From Phoronis australis (taxonomy: Eukaryota > Animalia > Phoronida): DNA of 64,000 nucleotides. Positions 51,574 through 64,000 of this stretch are shown here, one piece after another. Position 1 is the first letter of the stretch; each line of letters starts with the position of its first letter. Made by a program: the position numbers and the translations under genes. The stretch is taken from assembly GCA_002633005.1 (NCBI GenBank), contig NMRA01000069.1:611740-675739 (forward strand), read 5' to 3'. Below the pieces are notes generated by a model. The model was given only the letters and a program-made list of their open reading frames with translations. It was not told the origin of the DNA and made no database searches.

Positions 51574-52953
51574 TAAGTAGTTAACTTTTGCTGATATTTC
51601 GCAGCAGTTCTATAAATTTTCCTAAAATTGGCGTCATCACCCATTGGATTTTATCCTCAGAATGTAAGAAGGTCAATTTTAACAAACTAAAATATGTCAC
51701 TTAATAATAATTTCACCTAGGTGTACGAAAAAATTCCATATTGACGTTATGTTCCCACTTTTGCCTGATTTTCTCGTGTATTCAGTCCTATACGTTCCAC
51801 TTATGCATGAAGGGCCATCATTTTTTCTTATAATTTTCATGAAACAGCACAAAAGATTTCTTAACTCGAAAACTGGCTGTACTTCGGGAGCAAGTTTTCG
51901 GTTATACAGAATTGGTTAACCGCACGACACTTTTCATTGTTCACAGTCTTTATAATTCCGTTACGTTCCTACTTTCCCACTGTGTTTGTATCCAGCTTAT
52001 GCTCTGAGGTGGCATTACTGCGTCATTTTATTTCCATTTGAGAATGAAACAAGTATGCTTCGAAATATCGTTTACGTTTTAATCATATCTCTTGGTCAGT
52101 TACTTCATCAATTTATCGTTGATTGCATAGATTTATTCCGAACATATGAACGAAACGGAATAAAGACTGTTAAACGTGTGTTCAATCAATTCTGCATATC
52201 GAAAAACTTGCACCCGAAGTACAGCCTGCTGATGTAGTGTAAATGCTGGCAAACTTTGAACATGGCATACTGTAAATACTTTAGGCAATAACTCATCATT
52301 GACACATGAGTGTATTTCGGGATGGACTGTTTTTCAATGTTGAGTCACAGCTTGGCCGCCGATGGGATTAGATTTTCAATCTACAAAATTTATCTTTAGG
52401 CAACTTCATTTGTCACATAAGTAAGGTACGAAGAGCGTGCGTTGTAGAATGTATCTTCATTTTGTGGCAATACCTGGCGCAAACGGTTACAACTAGTAAG
52501 CTAAGATCTGGAACTGAGCACAAAATAAACTTTATTTCGCTGTTTGAATGCATGAAAAGAACAACGATATCAATATTCCGAAGTTCTAGGTTATTGCGTA
52601 ATACATGTGCTTCCACAACTATAGCAGTCAAAAGAACATTTTAATTAATTTCACTCGTGATGAATTTGAAGGCTAGGTAGACCATGAAGAAATATCGCGC
52701 TTGTATTATTTTAATGTCTCACCACTCGAGTTATCAAAGGTTCTACGTGCCCGTCGTACATGGAATCAAAGGAGAATGCCACCTGATTTAATAAGTCTTT
52801 TTATCATCTTAACCGGTCTATATCCACATCACCTCATATACGATCGATCTTACCTCACCGAGAGGTGTCGTGTTAACCTGTAAACAAGGTGAGAAACGAT
52901 GCAGCGATGTCAGTGGTTCTTCTGCAGAGTGAGTGCCGCTATAGTGTGGTGTA

Positions 52954-53265
52954 TTGTTCCCTCTTGTGCGAACTATGAAGCTGAAAGCGGATATATCGTT
53001 TTTTCGATTTCCTCGAGAGCCCGTAATGCTTTGGAAGTGGCTCACGGCGGTGAAGAACGAAAAGTACGTCGTTAATACCAAGTGTGATGCCGTGAAGCAT
53101 CTCCGTGTCTGTGGCCGCCATTTCGTCGACAGCGTTTTCACTGGCGAATGCCGGCTTACCAAACAGCTCATGACTGGGCAGAAAAAGGGACTGAGGATGA
53201 CGTCAGATGCTGTGCCTAGTGTGTTTGCGTTCAGCAGGCAGGATCAATTGTTGCTCAGTTTTTGA
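52954..53265 (+). pseudogene. THAP domain remnant
   Basis: ISFFRFPREP...KWL..VK...RVCGRHF...DAVPSVF. Confidence 0.75.
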
Positions 53266-54040
53266 TTATGGATACTTGTAGTTAGCAATGAAAACATAAA
53301 CAATTACAATCACTTCAAGGCATGAGAACATAACGTTTTATATAACCTGTTCGGTGACTTACTCGTTCCCCAGACTTCTGATCGATCATCTGGGTGGAGG
53401 GTGTTTTCGCCAGTTTTTTTTCTCAGCCGTAAAAAACGTCGTGAGCACACTTCAGTTTAGATGCAGTGCAAAATCAGGATTAGGCGATAGGTCAGGATTT
53501 GTAGGGCTTCTAGAAACAGATTTTTGTGAGTACTTTAAGGGGGCAATTTCATTTTGGTGTTTTTCAATTCATTAAGTAGAGTGTTTTCAAAATCTAAAAA
53601 GTTCCCTCATGTGGTCCGTGAGACACATTTGCGCGTTTCACTTCCAGAATTTCGTGCCAGGAAACGCAAGCGTAAGTCGTTTCGAATATCGTGCAGTTAA
53701 TGCACTGACATCATGACAAGTCATTCAAACGGCTTTCGGAACTATCCAATTTTGTCTATTGTCAATGAACATTCATGACGCCTCTCTAGTATTTCTTGAT
53801 CAGTGTATTCCACTTCGAACTGATAGCCTGTGAAACCTAACGATCGATCTGTGAAGTCTTCGTTGGATGAGCATTGTTCTAAGTTGAGATTGCGAGTTGC
53901 CATGTTGACGATTATTATTGTTCGTTGTTTCAAAATGAACTATACTCACCCTAACTAATGCTTCTATAACAATGAAAAAAGTCTGTTTCATTAAATACAA
54001 TTTGTAATCCTTTTGACCGGGCACCTATGCCGTATGAGCG

Positions 54041-54281
54041 CATGCGCGCACTCAGGACCCCCCCCCCNCCCCCCCATTTGGCGAAGTGGGCAAAGAGGTC
54101 CGCCTGTGAGAAACAAAAAGCGGGAGAAAATGAGACAAAAAGTCCGCTAAACAAGCGCAAATGCACAATTCACAGTGGTGTGTCCGTTTTTTTTTTAGTC
54201 CGCCGGCTGTTTTGTTACCAAAAGGTCCACAATGTTAGGAATTCGAGCCCCCCCCCATATTGAAGGCTGGGTGCGCGCATG
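54041..54281. mobile_element. MITE with 5-bp TSD (hAT5-like) nested in Kolobok copy 3
   Basis: TIR CATGCGCGCACTCAG / CTGGGTGCGCGCATG; TSD GAGCG at 54036-54040 and 54282-54286; empty site seen in copies 1 and 2. Confidence 0.8.
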
Positions 54282-56571
54282 GAGCGCATGCTAATTCAGT
54301 GTTTGCTGACAGAAAGCTGTTGTGAAACAATAACTCGATTATATAATCCAATGGTCAGATGTTAGGGGAATTCTTATTTAGATATACATATATACTATTC
54401 GAATCATTGTTACCGTCAGCTTTTGTCCTGGCGATTTTGTGAAAGGGGAACCTGATTTCGCGGCCCCCGACTAGTAAGTAGATTTGCAGTTTCGCGGCTA
54501 ATTCACTAAAATAGTCACATGCACATTACTTCTTTGACACTTCAGTATAGTCTTTTCGTGAGTGGAAGTTTAGTTTTCAACTTTGGCTGGTTTATGTTCG
54601 TGATGTCTTCAGTACTGGCGCGAAAGCCTGATTTTGTTCCGAGACACTGGCCGGGATAACAAACGTTTTGTGTGTTAAGAACTGAAAAAATCGCAAGTCT
54701 AAAATTACAACACACAGCTATGTTTTCCTGTCTGTGTTTCACGAAAGAATAATTCGAATTTATCACCGAACAGACCCCAAGACCGACCTTGGTAAATTAG
54801 CATACCGAACTTTGTAGGCTATGGTACGTTCAAATACCTATAAATTCGTGACAGCGAAATACAACAACACGTTTGTTCAAGAACTCGATGTAAGGGCTTT
54901 ACATCGAATTTTGATGAGTTATTGGTGTAAAACGATACCAGTAAGTGCATTGTGAACTGCTGAACAGACTTCGTTCGAACCTGTAACGTCATTGGTTAAT
55001 TTCAGCACCTCCGTCTGCCGTCAGGTGTTAGGTAAAAGAACTGTAGTTGCTGTTATAGATTGGAACTACTCGATCTAAATTGAAGCAAAATATGTTTGTT
55101 TTTGGGTGGCATTTTCCTTTAAGACAGTCTTTCGTAAGCAATTGACCTATCGCAAGTTATGCCCCCTTAAGAAAGTCGACAAACAAACAATAAGTTGTAA
55201 CTGAGACCTTGTTGTTTGTCGGGTATAATGGCGGCTTAGAAACGAATTTGTGTCAAGAATGCTGCGTTGTTTTTGGTCAGTTAAGACATCATTCAAGATC
55301 CCGGCCATAGTTCAATTGTGAATTCAACGGCTGCGGTTTTTTTCAGAGCAAAACGTTGATTGTTGTTAGTATTCGGTCTTATCACTATAATTACCACTTA
55401 AAAAGCAACCCGTTAAAGTCCTTCTCTCAAACTGCCCATGTGGTTCCAGTATCCGAAAATACTCACTACATAAATTCTTATTTTCGACACCCTTTCTTTA
55501 TATTCTTTTCGCCTTTCTTGCCAAAAGCGATTTTTAACAGTATTTGACCCTTCCCTCTGAGCGTATGATTACCGGTTGTCATCGGTTATTTCCGTACCCA
55601 CATTTCCGGCTCATCAGTTCAGGAACTTGTCCTGAACGCCGCCATTTTTTCCTTGTAACGGAATGTGCTATGGCTTGCTCGAAAAGTCTTCATTATTTTG
55701 TTTTATTCATAATAAAAAAAAACAGTGCAGGTGGTCTGATGTCATTTGCGGTGCATCAGACGTGCGCAGGCCTCATGGTTGGGCCCATTGCACAAAACAG
55801 TGTAATATATCGTGATTCGTTTGCATATGTAGTGTATTTATAGTTTGTAGTTAGTGGTCGTAAATTTTTTTGGAATGTTACGCAAACTTAGTATGTTAAA
55901 ATAGCATTGGTGTTTAGTTCCTTACGTAGGCGGGTCGAACCTAGGAACCACTATGGGTCGAACCAATTTTTTTTTCGGGTTTTTTTCCTCGTTTTGAAAA
56001 AGTACTTTGCTATCATCGGAAAGGTAGTACATTCTACTCAGTAAAAATTTAAAAAGTATCAAAATCGGGGCAAGCACTGTAAAATTATTGCAAGTTTTGT
56101 GGCGAAATTTGGGTCACTTTGTTTGGATGGCGTCGGCCATATTGGAGGACAGCGGGATAAGTTACGATTTTTAAACTTTGTGTAAATTGTTTTCGCAAAC
56201 AAATTACGGTGAAATTTAGTTAGACATATCTTTACTTACTATTCTGCACGATTTAGCAGTGTTCACCAAATTTCAGCCTCGCAGTTGTTACTCATTAAGT
56301 GATAAATGTAACGCTCACAATTCCCGTTGGACTTCGTCTCATTTCTGGCGGCACCGACAATGGCGACTTTTGCTGAACTGAAGGCATGTTCAATCGGCTA
56401 CTTTGTAATTTGTGAAGATTTAACGTTGATAAATTTTGACAAACGTTGCTACAAAAAAGAAACTTTGTTCAATTTTCGTGTTTTTTGTGTTCGTGGCCTT
56501 CGACCAGTTAGGCCTAAGGGTAGCCTTGGCGCAAAGCTGTATAGGCCTACTAACAAGCTGTATTTTGACTA

Positions 56572-56607
56572 TAGTCTCAGTTCACTGGTAGCTGGTGACT
56601 GAGGCTA
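56572..56607. mobile_element. 36-bp Academ-like micro-MITE
   Basis: TAGTCTCAGTTCAC...GTGACTGAGGCTA with ACTA direct repeats at 56568-56571 and 56608-56611. Confidence 0.55.
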
Positions 56608-57770
56608 ACTAAGATCTGCCGCGGCAGTGTGACACAGGACTAACCAGCCCGTAATTTTATGCAAGTGTCTGAAACTACCCTTGAATATATGCAGCATTTA
56701 TCATTTGACCATTTTACTTCGATAAAACAGCTTGCAACCGCATGCATTTACCGTTCGCCAGTGTCTGGTCTCGATCCGCACCGGGTCCGATAGGCTGCGG
56801 TCCCGAGTCTGGCAAAATAATTTCTGTCAAAATTTATTCGCCACATTTCTTCAGCAAATTCCATAAAATTGTCCGTAGTTTGATTTTATCAAACTTAAGG
56901 CGCTCTGTCGATTTTTAGTATCCCCGTTTGCTGGCTGGTAACAGTACAGGTACTGCTCCAGTCGCACTGACGGCGCTTTTTCGGCCTGGGTTCCTGAATG
57001 AATTGTACTTCCGGGTTCGCGGCAAGTTCAAAAAAGCGGGGTTTCTTCGGGTGCGAATCGTGAGCGGCGCGTTCATTTAAACTTTTTTCGAGTAAGGATC
57101 GTGTATTAGTTATGGGGTAGGTACTTCTTGGATCCTTATAACATCTTCTAACCATGTAATAAGGGTTAACAACGCGTGAGAGAAGGACTTTAAAGATAAG
57201 TAGGACCTTATTGATAAGTCTATGAGAGACACAACCTTTCAGTGAACAAAATTTTAAAACACGTTGTTTTGCATGCCCAGTCAGCCCATTGTGCCTTAGC
57301 TAATTGGTGCTGCTAGTAGTCGCGAGCAAGCTTGACTCCTCGATTTCCATCATCGTATATGGAAGATCTCTGATCTTAATGACGTGCCCTGTCGTCAACT
57401 TTTCACCTCAGCTCGTCCTCCTGACTTTTCTCTGTACCTTCACAATACAACTTGTGTGATTGCTTCCCTTCCCTGGTAAAGCGTCCTTTGCACTTCGACT
57501 AAATTTGAGGGTGGCATTTCAGACATAGGCGCCTATGAACTTGATGATGGCTTTGCCGTGCTTGACTCTAGGCTGAACTCAAACAATTTTTATTCTCAGT
57601 AATGGCCCAGTAGCCGTCCATTACAGGCTGATTCAGATTTGAATCACGCCTCAGTTTTGTTTAAGATTTTTTATCTGTTTTTGTCGAGCATTCTCTATCC
57701 CATAACTCTTCCTGAAAGTTTATTTGATCTGAAATTTGAGTACGATATGATGTCTTTCCAGTTACCTGCC

Positions 57771-58949
57771 TTAGAAGAAACGGTGAAACTTTTCCCAAGC
57801 TTTTGTGAGTGCTTCGGGGGAAAACTCACCCCACTTCGCTATAAAACTGGCGTTTGAAAGCTCACCAGGGTTTGGGCCAATGAGGTCTGTATGAAATGGC
57901 GGAACTCCTAATTTCCGAATTACTAGACTCAGGTAAACATCGTCAAATCTAATTTTCTTTACAAATCTCATGCCAATGTCAACTTCCCGCGCCAGCTCCT
58001 GGTTTAGGACATAGGTGCCAGCGGGTGCTAAGGGCGGGTATTCCGACAGAGGGTAGTCCTCGAATGACACGTACCATTTACTGTTGTTGTTTCGTACCGG
58101 TGGGTGATATCCTTTGAACCATCCAAGATAAAGTCTTTTTGTTTGTCTCACTTGTTTCGATTTCAATAGCTTCCTCAAACCTTTGGGGTTGAGCAGCACG
58201 TCATCGTCAAGGAAAACAGTGTAATTTGCGCCACCACAGTATTTAACTGCCCAATGAATTGCAAATTCCATCTTTGTACCCGTGTTTGAATAAATATCTG
58301 GGAAATTACCTTGTACAAGATCCTGATACAGTTTGTTTTCCGCATGTAAATCTGTCTGTATGTCCTCCTCTGGGCTTGTTCCCAGAACAAATATTCTTTT
58401 AGACATTTGGAGCAGCATTGATTCATTCCCCCAGGTACGCCTAATTGCCATCCTTGAGTCTATCTTTCGAGGATGACTTTTTATAATATATAACATTTGT
58501 GGTTCACCGGTGCATAGACGTCCAATGATCGTCGAACAGTTAAATCGATTAATGACAGGGACATCTACATTTTCTCCCCGTTGGACCTTGGCAACGATTT
58601 CAGGGAGGTTGACATCCAAGGGATAGAACTGTTGAAAAGGACCAATTGGTATTCGGTCCCTTGGCATAATTGAGGAGCGTGTAGGCCTAACTTTTACATC
58701 TCTAACAGGCGAAATGGCCAACTGGTACATTTTTGAGGCGGATGGTTTCGAAGTGTCGGAAAAAACATCGCGGTTTGCATCGCTTTGCACTTCTGGAGAT
58801 ACTCCAAAGTCACTTTTGGGTACTGATTTCTTGTAATTTTCATACTCTCTGTTACTGACCCAGGCACGTCGCAGAAGAAAGAAGTTTGACGACACAACCA
58901 ATACGAAAATTGCTAAAATCATTACTTTGTAAAGTCTCTGGAAATACAT
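57771..58949 (-). CDS. brn: GT31 beta-1,3-galactosyl/GlcNAc-transferase, brainiac-like (392 aa, type II membrane)
   Basis: N-terminal TM ILAIFVLVVSSNFFLL; IKS...RMAIRRTWG; DLVQGNFPDIYSN..TK; DDD motif; PVR...SKWYVS..DYP...YPP..AG; RFDDVYL. Confidence 0.93.
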   Translation of the reverse strand: MYFQRLYKVMILAIFVLVVSSNFFLLRRAWVSNREYENYKKSVPKSDFGVSPEVQSDANRDVFSDTSKPSASKMYQLAISPVRDVKVRPTRSSIMPRDRIPIGPFQQFYPLDVNLPEIVAKVQRGENVDVPVINRFNCSTIIGRLCTGEPQMLYIIKSHPRKIDSRMAIRRTWGNESMLLQMSKRIFVLGTSPEEDIQTDLHAENKLYQDLVQGNFPDIYSNTGTKMEFAIHWAVKYCGGANYTVFLDDDVLLNPKGLRKLLKSKQVRQTKRLYLGWFKGYHPPVRNNNSKWYVSFEDYPLSEYPPLAPAGTYVLNQELAREVDIGMRFVKKIRFDDVYLSLVIRKLGVPPFHTDLIGPNPGELSNASFIAKWGEFSPEALTKAWEKFHRFF

Positions 58950-61900
58950 GACAGCTGGTTAACGCACGGCACCAAAGACTGTTGTAGGAACCAGTGTTGT
59001 ACTTGGTCAGGTTAACTCACCTTTCCAGATGGAGCACAAATCCTGAAAATATCAAACAAGCGATAGATCAAATTGCAATGGAAAGAGCCTAGTGGTCAAA
59101 ATCTCCGCTTTAAATGTCACATTTTAGATGTCCTTGGTTTAACAAAAATACTATTAATTATTTAAAGTGGCAATAAAATGCCTTTGATTACAGAAAACAT
59201 CTTTTGATTTAGACCATTCAAGGTACATGTTCCTAAGTGGAAACATTTCGATTTTGCTGCATTAAGGTGGGCATACCTATATGATATAATAAGTACCCAC
59301 ATAAACATTAGTTGGACGTGGGAGCTACTGTAGTCCAGAGAGTATAGTATAGAATGAGTCAAACCGTATTCAGTTAGATTTACAGGCCACAGTGGGTACT
59401 TCTGTATAGTCTTTCCATGGTAGCGGATACCTAGATATTTAAATAGATGTACCAACTGTGGTAAGTACATCTTTCTAAATTTTGGAACACATGTCGGAGT
59501 ACACCTACATATTTATGAGTACTTGTAGGAACGGATACTTCTTACATAAATATAGATGACGAACCTGGAGTCTGTACTCCTAAGCTCCTACATGTATGTT
59601 GATACGTGTTGTTATTAATGCACGTGCTGAACAAGGCTAGAGTTGGTAGAAGCCGGTATTTTGAAAAATGTCGTTAAGTTGATGGCTTTTGTCAATGCTT
59701 TGTTCTAACCTTTTTCGAGCTGATTAACTTAAGAGAAACATTCTTGCACCTCTTCGGAGATCGTAAAGAGTGAAAGAAAATGCCAGTGGACAACCAATGG
59801 TGGACATTGTTGTTTTTTCATGCACCACAGCGCTCCAAACGGGCGCGTGAGGCAGCAGCAAATATGGAAGAACGTGAAAAAGCAACGCTGCCTACGGCTG
59901 CAGCAACAGTCGGTTGAATGATCGTGAACAGATAGATAGGACGATTGGAACGAAAGATGTTTTTTCGTGGAACTGTGGTTGAAGTTCGCTACATTTTACC
60001 TGTCAATATTGCCCTGAATACGCATTAAAGACTATCTCTACCGGTAACACCTATAAATGTGGTTCCTACAGAATGTTATGAGCATAGCTCCGAACCCCAT
60101 TGACGCCCTTAATTGCTATTTGTAATGAACTGCTGATCTAATTGGGTAGTTTTTGTCTACCTCACCGCAAGAATCACCTTTAAATTCAAGCATCTGCGTA
60201 TCGGTCCTTTGCTGTTTGTGCTGGGATCTCTCGGTTACGCAATATGACACGAAAAGGCAACTTCACTCATCATTTGAGGGGCCTAGCTTTGAGTGAAACT
60301 CGAATTGTCATATTATGGTAAGACTTTGCCAGTACTATCTGGTTAGCCCAAAACATCTAAAATAACAAAATTTCGTTGACGTTAGCTAACGTGTGATAAT
60401 TGATTAATACAATATGAGTTGATGAAACTGTTTTTTCGTGGATAGATGATATTTAACGTCAACATCTGTACTTCTCTTCGCACACACCGCTAAGTGCCGC
60501 TACGGTCCATGAAACAATAATGACGGGGGCTAATTAATCAAACCTCTATTTAACAAAACAATTACAAAGTGAAACACATTATATCCAAGTAATAACATTA
60601 TGTGAAGTACCTACCAAATAATAAATATGAAATGATAAAAGTTAATATACATGAGAAATACAATTACGGCGGCCAATGTGATTAGTCTTAGCTTGATCTC
60701 AATATCGCACACACAGTATTAGGTACATAAAACTAGTGTTATGCTAAGCTCAGCTTATCGGGACGGTAATCATGCACCGAGAACAATAAGCAAAATGCTC
60801 TTAACAACTTTTTTCGTTATTACCAGAAATACGTAAACTAGGTCATCCGCCAGGTTCTCTGCATCAATTAGGTCAGCGCTTCACATACTCCGCGTGTCTC
60901 AGGCGCAAGGAAGATTTTAGTAGCCCAAAATTACCACAAGTTCAAAAATATTCACTTAAAAGGGAAAGACGAAAGATATCTCTGAACATGTCTGGACAAT
61001 ATCAAGGGTCACCTCTCGTAATAAAGTCAAAGCGATCCTTATTACCCGTCGCCTTATCTTGCACTTGGTAGTCGACTAATTTTTCCCAATGCAACACAAA
61101 ATTCTAATACACTAAACTTGTGATGACTCATTTCAATTTGAAACCACCCATAATACACTAAAACAAATTAATATTCGGTGCAAAACCTTTTTATACCCTG
61201 AAATGTGTCGTAAAAATAATTCAGGTGTTTGATTATTCCTAGGCTAGTCCGAAAATAGTTGCATTGGTTTCCTTTCTTTTAAAGTGTATGCCTTCGACTC
61301 CCATAGATTCAAGAGTTAATTTACAGATGAACTCCTTATGCCGTGCATAATGATCAAAATGGTACATAAAAATAAACAGTTATAAGTATACTGGTGTGAA
61401 AATTATCAGTGATTTAACCAAAAATTTCAAATTAGCTTGACCCACTTATGATAGTATGTGGAATTCAAATACACACTCGCTTGAATATTAGCCATTTTTC
61501 AACCCATTTTGGTCACCACTTTTTTTCTGTGTATTTCAAAAAATATATGCCTATAATGTTGATTATATTGAAATCTATAGGCGCTATCGGCAACTGAAAT
61601 CCCGTCAACGTCTTCGAAGCATTGGCCGTTCAAAGTACGGCACTTCCCGGACCTCAGTGGGCTTTGAATGAATGTTTTGCGTGTAAAAGCGATTGAATGT
61701 TGACCACCACATGTACACCTTAAAATTACGCTCAATTTTCATACAATTCTGATATGAATTTGGTTAAGGCCTTGTGAATGACACCTGCTATCGGCAAGTG
61801 AGGTCGGGTCAACAAGCAACACGTATAAGGTCATTTTCTGTGAACTGCCTGTATATTAGCCGGGTTGCGTGGGAGGAATTTTCCCGCATGCGCAAATAGC

Positions 61901-62267
61901 TTGTTTGTGGATTTCTGGTAATGTCATATTTAATGGCGTTTGAACACTTCTAAAATCAAAAAAATGGTTAGACATGGTTTTGTACTGCTTTTTACCACGA
62001 GTTAAAAGGATGTCGAATTAATCATCAGTTTCAACAATGTGTACTCTGTTTCACTTTATACCCTTTACCCACAGCCATAAAAGCTTTAATTCCGTTACCA
62101 ACATTTTGGTATGATATCTGAAATGTTTCTTCTTTAATTTGCGTACTTTTAATAAAGAAATATTATTTTTTATTTTTGTGTCATCAATGGATCCGGTCTC
62201 CACCATTTTGTTGTTCTATGAACCGTAGTGGTCTCGAAAACTAAGTTCGTTTGAGTATAACGAAAAG

Positions 62268-62381
62268 TTGCATATGAGTAGAATGCAATAATAGCAATCG
62301 GACAGACAATATTTCAGTTTTGCGTTTCCAAAAGACCCTAAGATCGCTCACAAATGGCACACGTTCTTGCGTCGGACATAG
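62268..62381 (+). pseudogene. Degenerate THAP remnant of another DNA transposon
   Basis: C..VECNNSNRTD, then (frameshift) FAFPKDPKIAHKWHTFLRR. Confidence 0.5.
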
Positions 62382-63149
62382 GTATGACAGTACAATCCTA
62401 TACGTTATTGTTCTAAAATCACCTCGACCCCCTTGACCCCCCGCTAACCAGATTTGAATTCAACATTTGAGTTTCCTGATCAACTCGTGGATGACACTAA
62501 AACCTTTTATGAAAGTTCCACCATAACCCATGCTCTACAATTAACGAGTCATGCTACCACGTGTTCAGGTTGAAATCGGTGATAGAATCATCTTGGTTAA
62601 AACCACTTAATCTTGATTGTTGGCTGCTGCATGTCAAAAGAACAAATTATCAATGTAAGATCCATATACGAGCCTTGTACCAGTAACGGGGACACGTGAA
62701 AATCTGAAATTTCCCCAGATGGCTCTATCATTAGCCAAGAAGAAGACCTGTTAAATGCTAACTGCAAATATAAATTAAAAGAATTGCTTGTGCAAAAATG
62801 TGCTTGTGTTGATAGTCAGGCATGCCATGTTGCGAGCTGTGTGACTGTCCAGATTGAGCAACACGGTGTCTCAGTTTTTGTTGACGATGATGATGGTGTT
62901 AACGCATCGAAGCCACTTGTCAAGCGTGTGCTATGTTGTTAAGTATTTTAAAAACTGAAGCATTATGTCGTGTTCATTGTGTTTATTGAGACTGTTAGAA
63001 ATGTATTCAGTGTCACCTCTCCGCGCTGGTTCGCAATGACCGACATTGTGGTTAATGAAAATTATGGCAATATTGTAACGAAGAAGCATTGGAAATGTTA
63101 CGTTATCCTTATTTTTTATTTAGATGTGAAATCTTTATCAAGTTCCAAA

Positions 63150-64000
63150 TGGTTAAAAATATTGTTGTTTTGATATGAGCTCAGATTATACTAGTATGTT
63201 TTTCGGACAACAGTAGACGCTGCTGAAAAATTTATTTTTCCTTTTTTAAAACTTTTTCCAACTAATTGCATAATATTTATCACTTTTCATGTCTAGTAAT
63301 TTCAAATGAACAAAACCAAGTCAAATTATGATTCACTTTTGGTAAGCTGGTTTTTAAAGAATGGGTTTTCTATGCCAAATTTTGTAAAAATTTCACTAAT
63401 TGAAAACTGAGAACAGTCATTAATTTCAGTGTGTTCGGGAAGAGTTAACTTATACTAATTAATTTCTCTTTGATGTGGTGCTAAATAATATAAGAAAATG
63501 ACAATTCCCTTCTCAATCAATAAAAAGAAGCAAAACCGTACTAAACAAAATGACCTGGAAAGGTGCATTGAGTCTTTAAATATTTAATTTACAACAGAAA
63601 TTTTCTAAGAAGGCGAGAAATAGTTTCTGAAACTAACCACTGAATTAGACAATGTTGTGAGGAATATATTAAAGGGGAAACGTTAAGAGCTGGTTGTAGA
63701 TGGATTGAAGACGGAGAAAAAGCACCAGAATAATTTTGTCATCAGGAAAAAAGAAATGACACCAGAAGAACAGTAACAAAGATTGTTACTCAACCTGGCA
63801 GGACAATAACTACCCAGGAGGAAATACTTGACGAAATTAAAACATTTAACGAACATCTGTATGATGAGAGTGGTCATTTTTCGGCAAATATAGAAATTGA
63901 TACAATAATACGTGATTACAGTATATCAAAAGTAACAAAAGATCCAAACGAATTTTCAAACTGGGAAATTTTATAGGCAGAACTGGAAATGTTTTAAAAT
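63150..64000 (+). mobile_element. Decayed Tx1/L1-clade LINE ORF2 (linker region), running off the window end
   Basis: KGETLRAGCRWIEDGEKST and EKRN motifs at ~63670-63760; Lys/Glu-rich helical region. Confidence 0.7.

Larger units (their letters stand above)
52770..55118 (+). mobile_element. Non-autonomous Kolobok DNA transposon, copy 3 (older, longer deletion derivative)
   Basis: TCAA|AGGAGAATGCCACC ... GGTGGCATTTTCCT|TTAA; THAP including the AVPSVF motif (52954-53265 +) and KolX stub MATRN...GYQFEVEYTDQEILERR (53742-53903 -). Confidence 0.85.

Overview
AT-rich, repeat-dense eukaryotic (invertebrate animal; lophotrochozoan/mollusc-like by inference from the repeat families) genomic DNA, not prokaryotic. 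Credible protein-coding sequence is sparse: two spliced exons of a fibrinogen-N-terminus-like gene (105-307, 4309-4812), a signal-peptide + PAN/Apple exon (9070-9373), an apolipoprotein-L-like ORF (45817-46602) and a GT31 brainiac-like beta-1,3-glycosyltransferase (57771-58949, minus). Most other ORFs in the track are incidental. The largest structure is a ~27-kb field (about 13.6-41.0 kb) of roughly 11 diverged, same-orientation copies of a ~1.8-2.0-kb unit. Manual plus-strand translation of the unit repeatedly gives 24-aa leucine-rich-repeat-like motifs, and single-copy LRR-like flanks lie on both sides. I read this as a decayed LRR gene whose interior was amplified into a macrosatellite (inference). 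Mobile DNA includes three non-autonomous Kolobok elements (TTAA TSD, THAP + KolX stubs), a Crypton-like palindromic element with a tRNA-like Pol III head (x3 tandem plus one solo copy), Helentron/HINE-type elements, Tx1 and RTEX LINE relics, a Penelope-type hammerhead relic, and several very small TSD-flanked MITEs. Repeat boundaries were read by eye and are approximate unless a TSD is cited.
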